DNA of 57,367 nucleotides from Candidatus Rifleibacteriota bacterium (GTDB lineage Bacteria; Muiribacteriota; UBA6191; JACPRK01; JACQZM01), in NCBI GenBank assembly GCA_016213885.1, contig JACQZM010000067.1, forward strand, positions 1 through 57,367, read 5' to 3'. Positions 47,283-55,265 of the stretch are shown piece after piece. Within the stretch, counting starts at the first letter, position 1. The number at the start of each line of letters is the position of its first letter. Under the pieces are notes generated by a model, which saw only the letters and a program-made list of their open reading frames with translations, was not told the DNA's origin and made no database searches. A program made the translations under genes and the position numbers.

Positions 47283-48605
47283 ATGTCGACACCTCGAGCT
47301 TCCATGAAGAACGCTCTGTTCTGGCTCGTCCTGCTGGCGCTTCTCTACATCTGCATGGAGACGGGCTGCTACCTCTTCTTCAAGGCCTGGAGTCGGGCCA
47401 CCCAGTTCTCGTACCGGCCGCTGCCGGTGAGGACCCTTCCGGAGAGTCTGGCGACCCGCACCCGGGTGTTCGCCGACGATCGTCACTCCCTGATCGAGCA
47501 CCACCCGACGCTGGGCTGGCGCCCCCGGGCCGATGGACAGTGGGGCGGGTGCCGGGTGAGCCCGCAACGGCTCAGAGGGGCCAGACCGTACGCGGCCCGA
47601 CCGCTGCCCGGCACGGTCCGCATCGCGGCGTTCGGCGACTCGTACACCTTCGGCGACGGCGTCGACGACGAGCAGACCTGGACGGCCCAGCTCGGGCTGG
47701 CAAGGCCCGGTCTCGAGGTACTGAATTTCGGCGTCCAGGCCTACGGGATGGACCAGTCGTGGTTGCGGTATCGCGAGGAGGGCGCCGCCCGCGGGCCCCA
47801 TATCGTGCTCATCGCGTTCATGCCCGAATCGTGTCACCTGGCAGTCTGCGTGTACAGGCCGTTCTACCTGTTCCAGTCAGGGGTGGTGCTGACCAAGCCA
47901 CGGTTCGTCCTCCAGGGCGATCGGCTCACCCTGCTCCCCAACCCGTTGTCCGAGCTGACCGGCTACGAGCGTCTGATCGCGGACCCCGCCAGCGTCTTGC
48001 CGCGCCTCGGCGAGCATGACTTCTTCTACCACGCCCGGTACCACGAGGGTCCGTTCGACGGCTCCCCGCTGGTGCGGCTGATCAAGGTCGCCCGATCGAT
48101 CTACCACCTCAGATACTCGAAGAACGCGATCCAGGCCGGCTCTCTTCTCAATGCCCGTTCGGAGGCCTACCGGATCTCCGTGGCGATGCTGGAGGGGTTC
48201 TACCGGGAGGTGCTGGCGAACGGATCCGTCCCGGTGATCCTCTTCCTCCCGGACGAGCAATGCTTCAGGGCCCTGGAGACCGACGGATCGGCGCCGTACG
48301 CCTCCCTGCTCGTTCGCCTCTCCGGCCAGGGTCTCCGGTGTCTGGACGCGCTCGAGGCGTTCCGGGGACGACGGCTCGAGACGCCCCATCAGGACGGCAC
48401 GCCGCTCTTCAAGAACGGCCACTACACCCCGACGACATGCAGGCTGCTGGCGGCCCACGTGGCCAGCACCCTGGCCTCGAGCGGGCTGCTCGAACCGTCG
48501 ACCATCGCCCCTGCGGTGGAGCGAGAGCGGGCCATCGACCGCCCCGCAGCTGAAGGCCCGCGCCGGGTCGGAGTCGTACGAAGGCCGACGTCCGATCGAC
48601 GCTGA
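47283..48605 (+). CDS. Membrane-anchored SGNH/GDSL-type hydrolase or acyltransferase
   Basis: Start at ATG 47283 (MSTPRASMKNALFWLVLLALLYICMETGCYLFF, N-terminal anchor). Block I: RIAAFGDSYTFGDGVDDEQTW. Confidence 0.7.
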   Translation: MSTPRASMKNALFWLVLLALLYICMETGCYLFFKAWSRATQFSYRPLPVRTLPESLATRTRVFADDRHSLIEHHPTLGWRPRADGQWGGCRVSPQRLRGARPYAARPLPGTVRIAAFGDSYTFGDGVDDEQTWTAQLGLARPGLEVLNFGVQAYGMDQSWLRYREEGAARGPHIVLIAFMPESCHLAVCVYRPFYLFQSGVVLTKPRFVLQGDRLTLLPNPLSELTGYERLIADPASVLPRLGEHDFFYHARYHEGPFDGSPLVRLIKVARSIYHLRYSKNAIQAGSLLNARSEAYRISVAMLEGFYREVLANGSVPVILFLPDEQCFRALETDGSAPYASLLVRLSGQGLRCLDALEAFRGRRLETPHQDGTPLFKNGHYTPTTCRLLAAHVASTLASSGLLEPSTIAPAVERERAIDRPAAEGPRRVGVVRRPTSDRR

Positions 48606-48646
48606 AGGGCCTGTGATCAGGCCTCGGCCTGGCTGCAGAGTCACCA

Positions 48647-48762
48647 GGGAAGTGGAGGAGATCAGGTTGGAGGTCGCGCTCGGGGGAAGGGAAGAGGAGG
48701 GGATCCGGATTGAGGTCGCGCTCGGGGGCGCGACTCGGACCCGGCGAGGCGCCGGGTCTTGC
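48647..48762. repeat. Second copy of the mosaic intergenic repeat seen at 25935-26103
   Basis: TTGGAGGTCGCGCTCGGGGGAAGGGAAGAGGAGGGGATCCGG, then ATTGAGGTCGCGCTCGGGGG, then the hairpin unit GCGACTCGGACCCGGCGAGGCGCCGGGTCTTGC. Long stretches are identical to the first locus. Confidence 0.85.
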
Positions 48763-48814
48763 AACGGGAGGGCGCATTGACGTGCGGACCGGACAGGACT
48801 ATAGTCGATCAGCC

Positions 48815-49021
48815 ATGACCGATGTGACGCGGGAGCCGCAGCGGTCCGGGAGCTGCGCGGATCCGGCTGCGCCGAGAGGCGGGCTCCTCGGTGAGCTGGG
48901 CAGCTTCCTCCTCGCGCGCAAGTGGTGGCTCATCGTGCCGCTGGCGCTCCTCTTCCTCCTGGTGATCCTGCTGGCCGTGCTCGGCTCGGGCTCCCTCTCC
49001 CGGCCGTTCGTGTACTCCTAG
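48815..49021 (+). CDS. DUF5989/DltX-like small membrane protein, 68 aa
   Basis: Internal ATG of ORF 48710-49021. LLGELGSFLLARKWWLIVPLALLFLLVILLAVLGSGSLSRPFVYS follows the DUF5989 pattern as I recall it (..W.F...RKKWWL.P....LLL..L.VL....A.PFIY..F). Confidence 0.6.
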   Translation: MTDVTREPQRSGSCADPAAPRGGLLGELGSFLLARKWWLIVPLALLFLLVILLAVLGSGSLSRPFVYS

Positions 49022-49031
49022 GGTCCTGCCG

Positions 49032-50078
49032 GTGGATTCCACCTCCATGCCCGACCAGACGCCTCCCGGCCCGGAGCCGTCGCCGTGGCGGAACGTCCGC
49101 GACGGGCTCCTGATCGTCGCGGTCGTGGTGGTCCTGTTCGTCGTCCTCGGGGAAGCTCTCGTCAGGGTGTTGAACAGGGACGGCCATATCCACGATCTCG
49201 AGGTGTTCAAGTACGCGAGAACGCTCCGGATCGACCCGCCCAGAGACGCGCCGGAGCTCCACCACATGCAGCGGCCCGGCGCCCGGGCCGTGCTGCAGGG
49301 CGTCACGGTCCAGATCAACTCGCGAGGGCTCAGGGACGTGGAGCACGCCGCCGGTCCCGCGAAAGGGGTGACGCGGATCGTCGTCCTCGGCGACTCGGTC
49401 ACATTCGGCTGGGGGGTGGCGATGGAGGACACGTACCCCAGGGTTCTGGAGCGCCGGCTCAACGAGACCTCGGCGCCGGCGCGCTACGAAGTGATCAACG
49501 CCGGCGTGGTCGACTACCCGCTCTCACGCATCGTCGCCTTCTACCGACGCGAGCTGGCGAGCCTGCGTCCAGCCATCGTCGTCGTGGGGTTTAGTCTCAA
49601 CCTGGCCAACGAGGCGCCGGAGCGATCGGTGCCCTCGATCCTCGACACGCCGCTCCAGCTTCCGGTCTTCCTCCACTCGCGGTTCGAAAACGTCGCGGCC
49701 CGGTTCGGCCGGACCGGGTCGTTCGATCGGTTCTACCAGGACCTCTACGCCGAGAGCAACCCCGGGTTCGGGAGCTTCGCGAAGCGGCTGACCCGGTTCA
49801 TCGGCGACCTGAAGGCCCGGCAGCAGTCGGTCGTGGTGGCGTCGATCCCCGACGTGGTCCACCTGGAAGAGCCGGCCTACCGGTTCCGGGAGATCGACCG
49901 CAGAGTGTGCGAACTGGCCAGCCGGGCCGGCGCGCTCACCGCGGACCTGTACCCCTCCGTGAAGGGGATCCCGGCTCCGAAGATCGTGAACTCCGCCGAG
50001 GACCGACATCCGAACGCCCTGGGGCACCGCCTCATGGGAGAACACCTGGCCCGGTTCATCCAAAGCTCCGGTCTCTAG
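49032..50078 (+). CDS. Membrane-anchored SGNH/GDSL hydrolase family protein (DltD/PatB-like role possible)
   Basis: N-terminal anchor LLIVAVVVVLFVVLGEAL. Block I RIVVLGDSVTFGWGV. A C-terminal DRHPN-type block (SAEDRHPNALGH) is also present. Confidence 0.8.
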   Translation: MDSTSMPDQTPPGPEPSPWRNVRDGLLIVAVVVVLFVVLGEALVRVLNRDGHIHDLEVFKYARTLRIDPPRDAPELHHMQRPGARAVLQGVTVQINSRGLRDVEHAAGPAKGVTRIVVLGDSVTFGWGVAMEDTYPRVLERRLNETSAPARYEVINAGVVDYPLSRIVAFYRRELASLRPAIVVVGFSLNLANEAPERSVPSILDTPLQLPVFLHSRFENVAARFGRTGSFDRFYQDLYAESNPGFGSFAKRLTRFIGDLKARQQSVVVASIPDVVHLEEPAYRFREIDRRVCELASRAGALTADLYPSVKGIPAPKIVNSAEDRHPNALGHRLMGEHLARFIQSSGL

Positions 50079-51256
50079 AGTCCAAACAGCAACCTCCAGT
50101 AGGGGAGCGCCCGCTCCAGAGGCAGGAAGAACGGGACCCAGAGCAACGATACGGCTGCGAAGGTCAACAGCGTCGAGAACGCTCTGAAGACGGGACTCTG
50201 ATCGAGCGCCTTGCGGGTCGACGGCCGAGAGCCGACGATCCGCTGGCGGAACACCAGCTGGATCGAGCACAGGAGGCCGTGCCCCAGCCCCCAGAACCAG
50301 AACCGGGCGTCGCGGCCGTGCCACGCCCCGCAGAGCACCATGGTCGCCGTGACGGCCAGCACGCCCACCAGCACCGGCCTGGCCCTGAGGCTGGCCACCC
50401 GGAGCAGCCGCGCCGACAGCGGGAGGTAGACGTAGTCCCTGAGCCAGCTGGAGAGCGTGATGTGCCAGCGCCTCCAGAACTCCGTGATGTCGCTGGCCAG
50501 GTAGGGCCAGTCGAAGTTCTCCGACAGACGGTAGCCGAACAGCCGCGCGACGCCGAGAGCGATGTCGCAGTACGCGGAGAAGTCCAGGTAGACCACGAGG
50601 GAAGCCACGGCCACTCCGAGCCACGCTTCGCCCACCGTCGGCAGGTGTCCCGGGGCCATGATCCCGTCCAGCACGCCCCGGAGCGGATCGACCACGAGCA
50701 CCTTCTTGAGGAGGCCGGTGAGGATCCGCCTCGCAGCCCAGAACGCCCTGTCCAGGGAGAGCCCGGACCGGTCGATCCCGCCGGTGAAGCTGGCGAACCG
50801 TTCGATGGGGCCGCTCAGGAACGAGGGGACGAAGAGAACGTACTCCAAGAGCTCCCAGAGCGACCCCACGGCCAGGCGTCGTCTCGCCGCTTCCCAGGAC
50901 ACGTGGATGAGCCGGAACGCCGCATACGAGACCCCGACGATCGGTGCGATCGGTCCGCCGGGTACGCACAGCTCCCTCTGGGCCACCAGCACCACCAGGC
51001 ACAGGACCGTCGCGGCGATCGCTCGTCCCCAGCCGGCCTGGCCGTCCGACCCACCGTCCCCCTCCCGGGGCGTCGGGGGGAGCAGGGCGTGGACCGCCAC
51101 CGTGAGCCCGGCCACGGTCAGCACCGACAGCGGAAAGAACCAGGTCAACAGCGAGAGCGACACGGCGGCGAACGCCGGTCGCTGCCACCGTCCCGGAACG
51201 AGTCCGTGGTAGAGTCCCAGGAAGAGGAGAACGCCGACCCCGCCGAGGAACATCAC
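50075..51256 (-). CDS. MBOAT family O-acyltransferase (DltB/AlgI-like)
   Basis: Polytopic protein with the MBOAT histidine block FWRRWHITLSSWLRDYVYLPL. Its start overlaps the stop of the upstream ligase gene. Confidence 0.9.
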   Translation of the reverse strand: MMFLGGVGVLLFLGLYHGLVPGRWQRPAFAAVSLSLLTWFFPLSVLTVAGLTVAVHALLPPTPREGDGGSDGQAGWGRAIAATVLCLVVLVAQRELCVPGGPIAPIVGVSYAAFRLIHVSWEAARRRLAVGSLWELLEYVLFVPSFLSGPIERFASFTGGIDRSGLSLDRAFWAARRILTGLLKKVLVVDPLRGVLDGIMAPGHLPTVGEAWLGVAVASLVVYLDFSAYCDIALGVARLFGYRLSENFDWPYLASDITEFWRRWHITLSSWLRDYVYLPLSARLLRVASLRARPVLVGVLAVTATMVLCGAWHGRDARFWFWGLGHGLLCSIQLVFRQRIVGSRPSTRKALDQSPVFRAFSTLLTFAAVSLLWVPFFLPLERALPYWRLLFGL

Positions 51257-52956
51257 GGCGAGCGGCGCTGCCGCGCCCAGCGCTCGAGGAACGCGCGACG
51301 GTTCGCCGACCGGGCGATCTTGCCGCTGGAGGTCTTGATCAGCGTCCGGGGAGCCAGCACCCCGACATGGTCCACCGCGCAGTCCAGGCGGGCGAGCACC
51401 CTCAGCTTGATCTCTTTATTGAGCGTCTGGACCGTGGCGGGGACATCGTGGTGGGCGCTCTCCACCAGCACCACCACCTCCGCGGTCCCCTTCTCGTCGC
51501 TGGCGCAGCCGAACGCCACGGCGCGACCTTCCTTCACACCGTCCACGGTCGCCACGATGCGCTCGACGTCGCCCGCGTAGAACTTCCGGCCGCCCACGTT
51601 GATCAGGTCGGCGCTTCTTCCCAGGACGAACAGTTCACCCCCCTCGATGAACCCGATGTCGCCGGTGTAGTACCACCGGTCCGCCAGCACGTCGGACGAC
51701 GCCTCGGGCAAGAGGTGGTACCCGTTGAACAGGAAAGGGCTGGTCAGGGCGATCTCGCCCACGGTGCCGTCATCCACCTCGAAACGGGCCTCGTTCACCA
51801 CCTTCAGCCGGACCTCGTCGAGCAGAGCGCCCGAAGAGAGGACCGTCTGTCGTGTCGGCGCGTCAGGGGAGCACCGCTGGACGGCCCTCCCGAGCTCGAG
51901 GCTCTCTCTGGTCACGTCGATGCGTCGAGGTTCCGGCGCCGTGGACTGGGAGATCGCGTACACGGTCTCCGCCATGGCGTAGCAGGTCCGGAGCATGGAC
52001 CGGTCGACGCCGCACCGCTCGAACGTCGAAAGAAACAGGTCGTGAGTGGGGGCGAGGACCGGCTCGGCGCAGTTCACGAACATCCGCATGGACCGCAGGT
52101 CGAGCCGGTCCAGATCGGCGGGGCGGGCCCGGCTGGCCAGCAGCGCGTACGTGAAGTTGGGCCACCAGGTGAAGGTGCTCCGCTCCCGGGTGATCACGTC
52201 GAGAATCGACAGCGGATCCAGGATCCACACCTGGGGAGGGATGGTGAAGCAGCTCACCCCGCGGGCCAGCGGGAGCAGAAACGACGTGATCAGACCCATG
52301 TCGTGGTACAGCGGAAGCCAGGAGCAGATCCGATCGCGGCCCGTGAGTCCGATCGCCCGCGCATAGGCATCCAGGTGGGTGGTGATCATCCGGTGGTCGA
52401 TGACCACCCCCTTGGGCGTCCCCGTGGATCCGGAGGAGTGCTGCAGGAAGGCGATCCGATCGCCCCCGGGACCCGGGACGGGGCGCTGCCGGATCGGGCG
52501 ATCGAACGCCTCCAGGGTGTGGATCGTTGCCGGGTCCGACCCTGACAGCAGCGGCTCTATCCGGGGGGCGTACTCCTGGTCGACGAGGAGAGTGCCGCTC
52601 TTGTAGCGGGTCAAGAGCGTCGTGAGGTTCTTGACGTACGTCTCCATGTGGGTCTTGAACGTCGGGGTGGCCATGAGGCACGGCACGAGGTCCGCGGCCA
52701 TGGCGCCGACGAACGCGGCCCAGAGCCGGGCTGAACTGCCGGCGACGATGGGGGTCACGGTGCCCGGGGCGATTCCCAGGGCGCCCAGACCCCGGGCGAA
52801 CCCGGCGATCCGGTCGGCCATCTGGCCCGACGTGAGCACCTCGACGTGTCCGCGGGCGTCCTGGAACGAGAAGGTCGCGTCCTCCAGAGCGCCGTCGAGG
52901 GCGTCCAGGATCCGGCTCACCAGGTTCTGCCCGGCGACAGCGTCAGAAGCCGACAT
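51253..52956 (-). CDS. Adenylate-forming enzyme (AMP-dependent ligase; FAAL/DltA-like)
   Basis: Motifs AFLQHSSGSTGTPKGVV, YYTGDIG and SSGKIAR. The start is either ATG 52956 (MSASDAV) or ATG 52983. Confidence 0.9.
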   Translation of the reverse strand: MSASDAVAGQNLVSRILDALDGALEDATFSFQDARGHVEVLTSGQMADRIAGFARGLGALGIAPGTVTPIVAGSSARLWAAFVGAMAADLVPCLMATPTFKTHMETYVKNLTTLLTRYKSGTLLVDQEYAPRIEPLLSGSDPATIHTLEAFDRPIRQRPVPGPGGDRIAFLQHSSGSTGTPKGVVIDHRMITTHLDAYARAIGLTGRDRICSWLPLYHDMGLITSFLLPLARGVSCFTIPPQVWILDPLSILDVITRERSTFTWWPNFTYALLASRARPADLDRLDLRSMRMFVNCAEPVLAPTHDLFLSTFERCGVDRSMLRTCYAMAETVYAISQSTAPEPRRIDVTRESLELGRAVQRCSPDAPTRQTVLSSGALLDEVRLKVVNEARFEVDDGTVGEIALTSPFLFNGYHLLPEASSDVLADRWYYTGDIGFIEGGELFVLGRSADLINVGGRKFYAGDVERIVATVDGVKEGRAVAFGCASDEKGTAEVVVLVESAHHDVPATVQTLNKEIKLRVLARLDCAVDHVGVLAPRTLIKTSSGKIARSANRRAFLERWARQRRSP

Positions 52957-53098
52957 AGATGAACGCCCTGTCGGCCGCCCCATCGAGAAAGAGAAGGATG
53001 AGGAGTATCAAGAGGGTCATGAGCACCAGGCCGATCTTCTTGGCCCTGGGCCCGAGCCGTTCCTCGGGGTCCAGGGCGAGAGGGTCGAGAACGCTCAT
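52943..53098 (-). CDS. DltX-like small membrane protein, 51 aa, C-terminus ...RAFIYVGF
   Basis: Not in the ORF track because it is under 60 aa. Hand translation: MSVLDPLALDPEERLGPRAKKIGLVLMTLLILLILLFLDGAADRAFIYVGF. It has one TM helix, 43 of 51 codons end in G/C, and it sits between the carrier-protein and ligase genes. Confidence 0.55.
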   Translation of the reverse strand: MSVLDPLALDPEERLGPRAKKIGLVLMTLLILLILLFLDGAADRAFIYVGF

Positions 53099-53104
53099 GG
53101 CTCG

Positions 53105-53332
53105 TCACCGCCGGAACCGGGTCACCACCCGGACGATCCGTTCGATCGTGTCGAAGTCGTCCAGGGTCACCTCGGTGATCGGTATCCGGATCGAGAAGCT
53201 GTCCTCGAGGAACACGATCAGCTGGGTGACCGCGAACGAGCTCAACAGCCCGGAGCTGAACAGGGCGTCAGCCGGAGTGATGGTGAGCTCGTCGTCGCGG
53301 ATCAACCTCTCCACGACGAATCGCTGGACCAT
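53105..53332 (-). CDS. Acyl/peptidyl carrier protein, DltC-like
   Basis: Start at ATG 53332 (MVQRFVVERLIRDDELT...). LFSSGLLSSFAVTQLIVFLEDSFSIRIPITEV resembles the D-alanyl carrier protein core (..EEGLLDS(F/M)GTVELL...F....PITEF) as I recall it. Confidence 0.75.
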   Translation of the reverse strand: MVQRFVVERLIRDDELTITPADALFSSGLLSSFAVTQLIVFLEDSFSIRIPITEVTLDDFDTIERIVRVVTRFRR

Positions 53333-53550
53333 GGTGGCTGGCTCGGTCGGTTCTCCCACCTGGGCCTCCCCGGGCGACGGTCGGCGGTTCAGTATACTTC
53401 TCCAGCCGGTTCCGTCAAGCGAACGACCGGCGACCCGGCGACAACCCTCTGGCAAAGCGCACGCGGACGGAGTATCGTGCCGGCGGCTCCAGGGATTGGA
53501 CGGCCCGGATTCCGGGGCGGTTCACTCCAGCAGAGTTCCAGGAGGGTGGA

Positions 53551-53994
53551 ATGGTTCTTCGCAGGGTGCTCATCGTCGTGGTGCTGGTTCTCACCGGGTT
53601 CGGGCTCGACGTCGTCATGGCTCAAGACGAGGAGCAGGGGGCCGGCGGCCGGGGATTCGGCGGAAGGAAGGGCTTCAGGGGTCGCCAGGGCGGCAAGGGG
53701 GTCAAGGTCAAGTGGCAGGCCGTCATGCAGAAGATGACCCCGGAATGCCGTCAGAAGATGCAAGCGCTCATGCAGGAGTTCCAGGGCAAGATGGCAGCGC
53801 TCCGGCAGGAGTTCCAGCAGAAGCGGACGGCGCTCTTCCAGGAGTGCGGCGTGAAGGCCGACGGCCCCGGCGGCGACGACGACCTGGGCGGCCCGGTCCC
53901 GACCGGTCCGGTCGCATCGCCGACCCCGGACGCCTCTCAGGCCCCGGTCGCCCCGGCCTCTCCGGAAGCCTCCCCGACGGAACAGCCCAAGTAG
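53551..53994 (+). CDS. Secreted hypothetical protein (Gly/Arg-rich, Gln-rich helices, Pro-rich tail)
   Basis: GGAGGG RBS. Signal peptide MVLRRVLIVVVLVLTGFGLDVVMA. Repeated motif QKM..L.QEFQ.K.AAL.QEF. Confidence 0.6.
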   Translation: MVLRRVLIVVVLVLTGFGLDVVMAQDEEQGAGGRGFGGRKGFRGRQGGKGVKVKWQAVMQKMTPECRQKMQALMQEFQGKMAALRQEFQQKRTALFQECGVKADGPGGDDDLGGPVPTGPVASPTPDASQAPVAPASPEASPTEQPK

Positions 53995-54071
53995 CCGTCG
54001 TCGATCGAGACCGCCGTAGAGCACGCGACCGCCCACGGGGGCGGTCGCCGCAGGGCGGTCGAGGGCGGGGG

Positions 54072-54947
54072 TCACTCTCGCGTGTCGTAGAGCTCTTGCA
54101 TCAGCCGCAGCGGGTTGCGCGTCGCGTCTTCCGTGGGGCGCCTCGCGGGCGGCTCTTCCATGCTGGTGGCCGTGACCGACGGCTGCTCCGGAGCCGCGGT
54201 GGACGGTACCGGCTGATCCCAGCGCTCGTAGTCTTCCTTGACCAGAGCGATCTTGATCGACGCTTCCCCCCTGTCCGTGCACACCTTCTCACCCTGGTCC
54301 AGGAACCAGGTCTGCTTGATCCCGCCGGACGAGCCGGGGTACACGACGAACACTCGACCCTCGAACACCTTCACGGTGACCGGGACGCGCCCCCCGGGCG
54401 CCTCCGCGACCAGCCCCGACAGGAGCGCGAGGCCGATCGACGCGGTGATCAGGTGCCCTCTGAGCCCCTGCTTCAGGTGGGACGACCCGAAGAACTCGCT
54501 GGCGTACCGGCGGCCGAACAGCCGACCGATCGGAGGGACCTGGCAGGAGAAACTGGTGCCGCGAACCGAGGCGATGGCGCTCGGCGTCACGCACGTGAAC
54601 CCCTTGCCCCGCTTCACGACCTTGATCCAGGCCTGGCCCCTGTGGAGCCGCAACCCGTCGGAGAGCACCTGGAGCATGCTGAACGGCTTGATGGTGAGAG
54701 TGGTCCCGTCGGTGTAGCTGACGTGTCCCTCGAACCCCTGCCCCGTCTTGATCACGGTGCCGAACGGGACGGTCTGACCGGTCAGAGCCTTGGTCCAGCC
54801 CGCCTGATCGGCCTTGGTCTCGGCGTTCCCCCCGGTGACGACCAGGGTGGGCGGAGAGGGGCTGTCGGCCAGCAGAGGACAGGGACCGAGCAGGCAGCCT
54901 ACCAGGAGCCAGGCCAGACAGGTGATGGGACCACTTCGAAGAGCCAC
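54072..54947 (-). CDS. FecR-domain protein (secreted)
   Basis: GTG start with a signal peptide. FGTVIKTGQGFEGHVSYTDGTTLTIKPFSMLQV...GQAWIKV follows the FecR domain pattern. Confidence 0.7.
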   Translation of the reverse strand: MALRSGPITCLAWLLVGCLLGPCPLLADSPSPPTLVVTGGNAETKADQAGWTKALTGQTVPFGTVIKTGQGFEGHVSYTDGTTLTIKPFSMLQVLSDGLRLHRGQAWIKVVKRGKGFTCVTPSAIASVRGTSFSCQVPPIGRLFGRRYASEFFGSSHLKQGLRGHLITASIGLALLSGLVAEAPGGRVPVTVKVFEGRVFVVYPGSSGGIKQTWFLDQGEKVCTDRGEASIKIALVKEDYERWDQPVPSTAAPEQPSVTATSMEEPPARRPTEDATRNPLRLMQELYDTRE

Positions 54948-55265
54948 GCTCTAACCCTCCTGGTCATCGAGAAGACACCCGTTCGGGACGCGCCAGGAGC
55001 ACACCGGAACGCGTCGAACTCTCGAGAACGCAAAACACGGGCGGTTCTGTCTTCCTCTATCTACTACGCCCCACCCCGTCCGAAGGTTTTCTAGAAAACC
55101 GGTCCGGGTCCACGGGGGCAGTTCCGGTTCCGGCCGGTTCCGCGCCAGCACCATTTTCTGGCGGTTTCCTGGTCAGGGTCGGCTTCTTCGTGGTAGATTG
55201 GGCGCACTCTCCATCTCCCGGGCTACCCCGGCTCCTGAAGAGACCTCGGACGCAAGGAGACCTCG

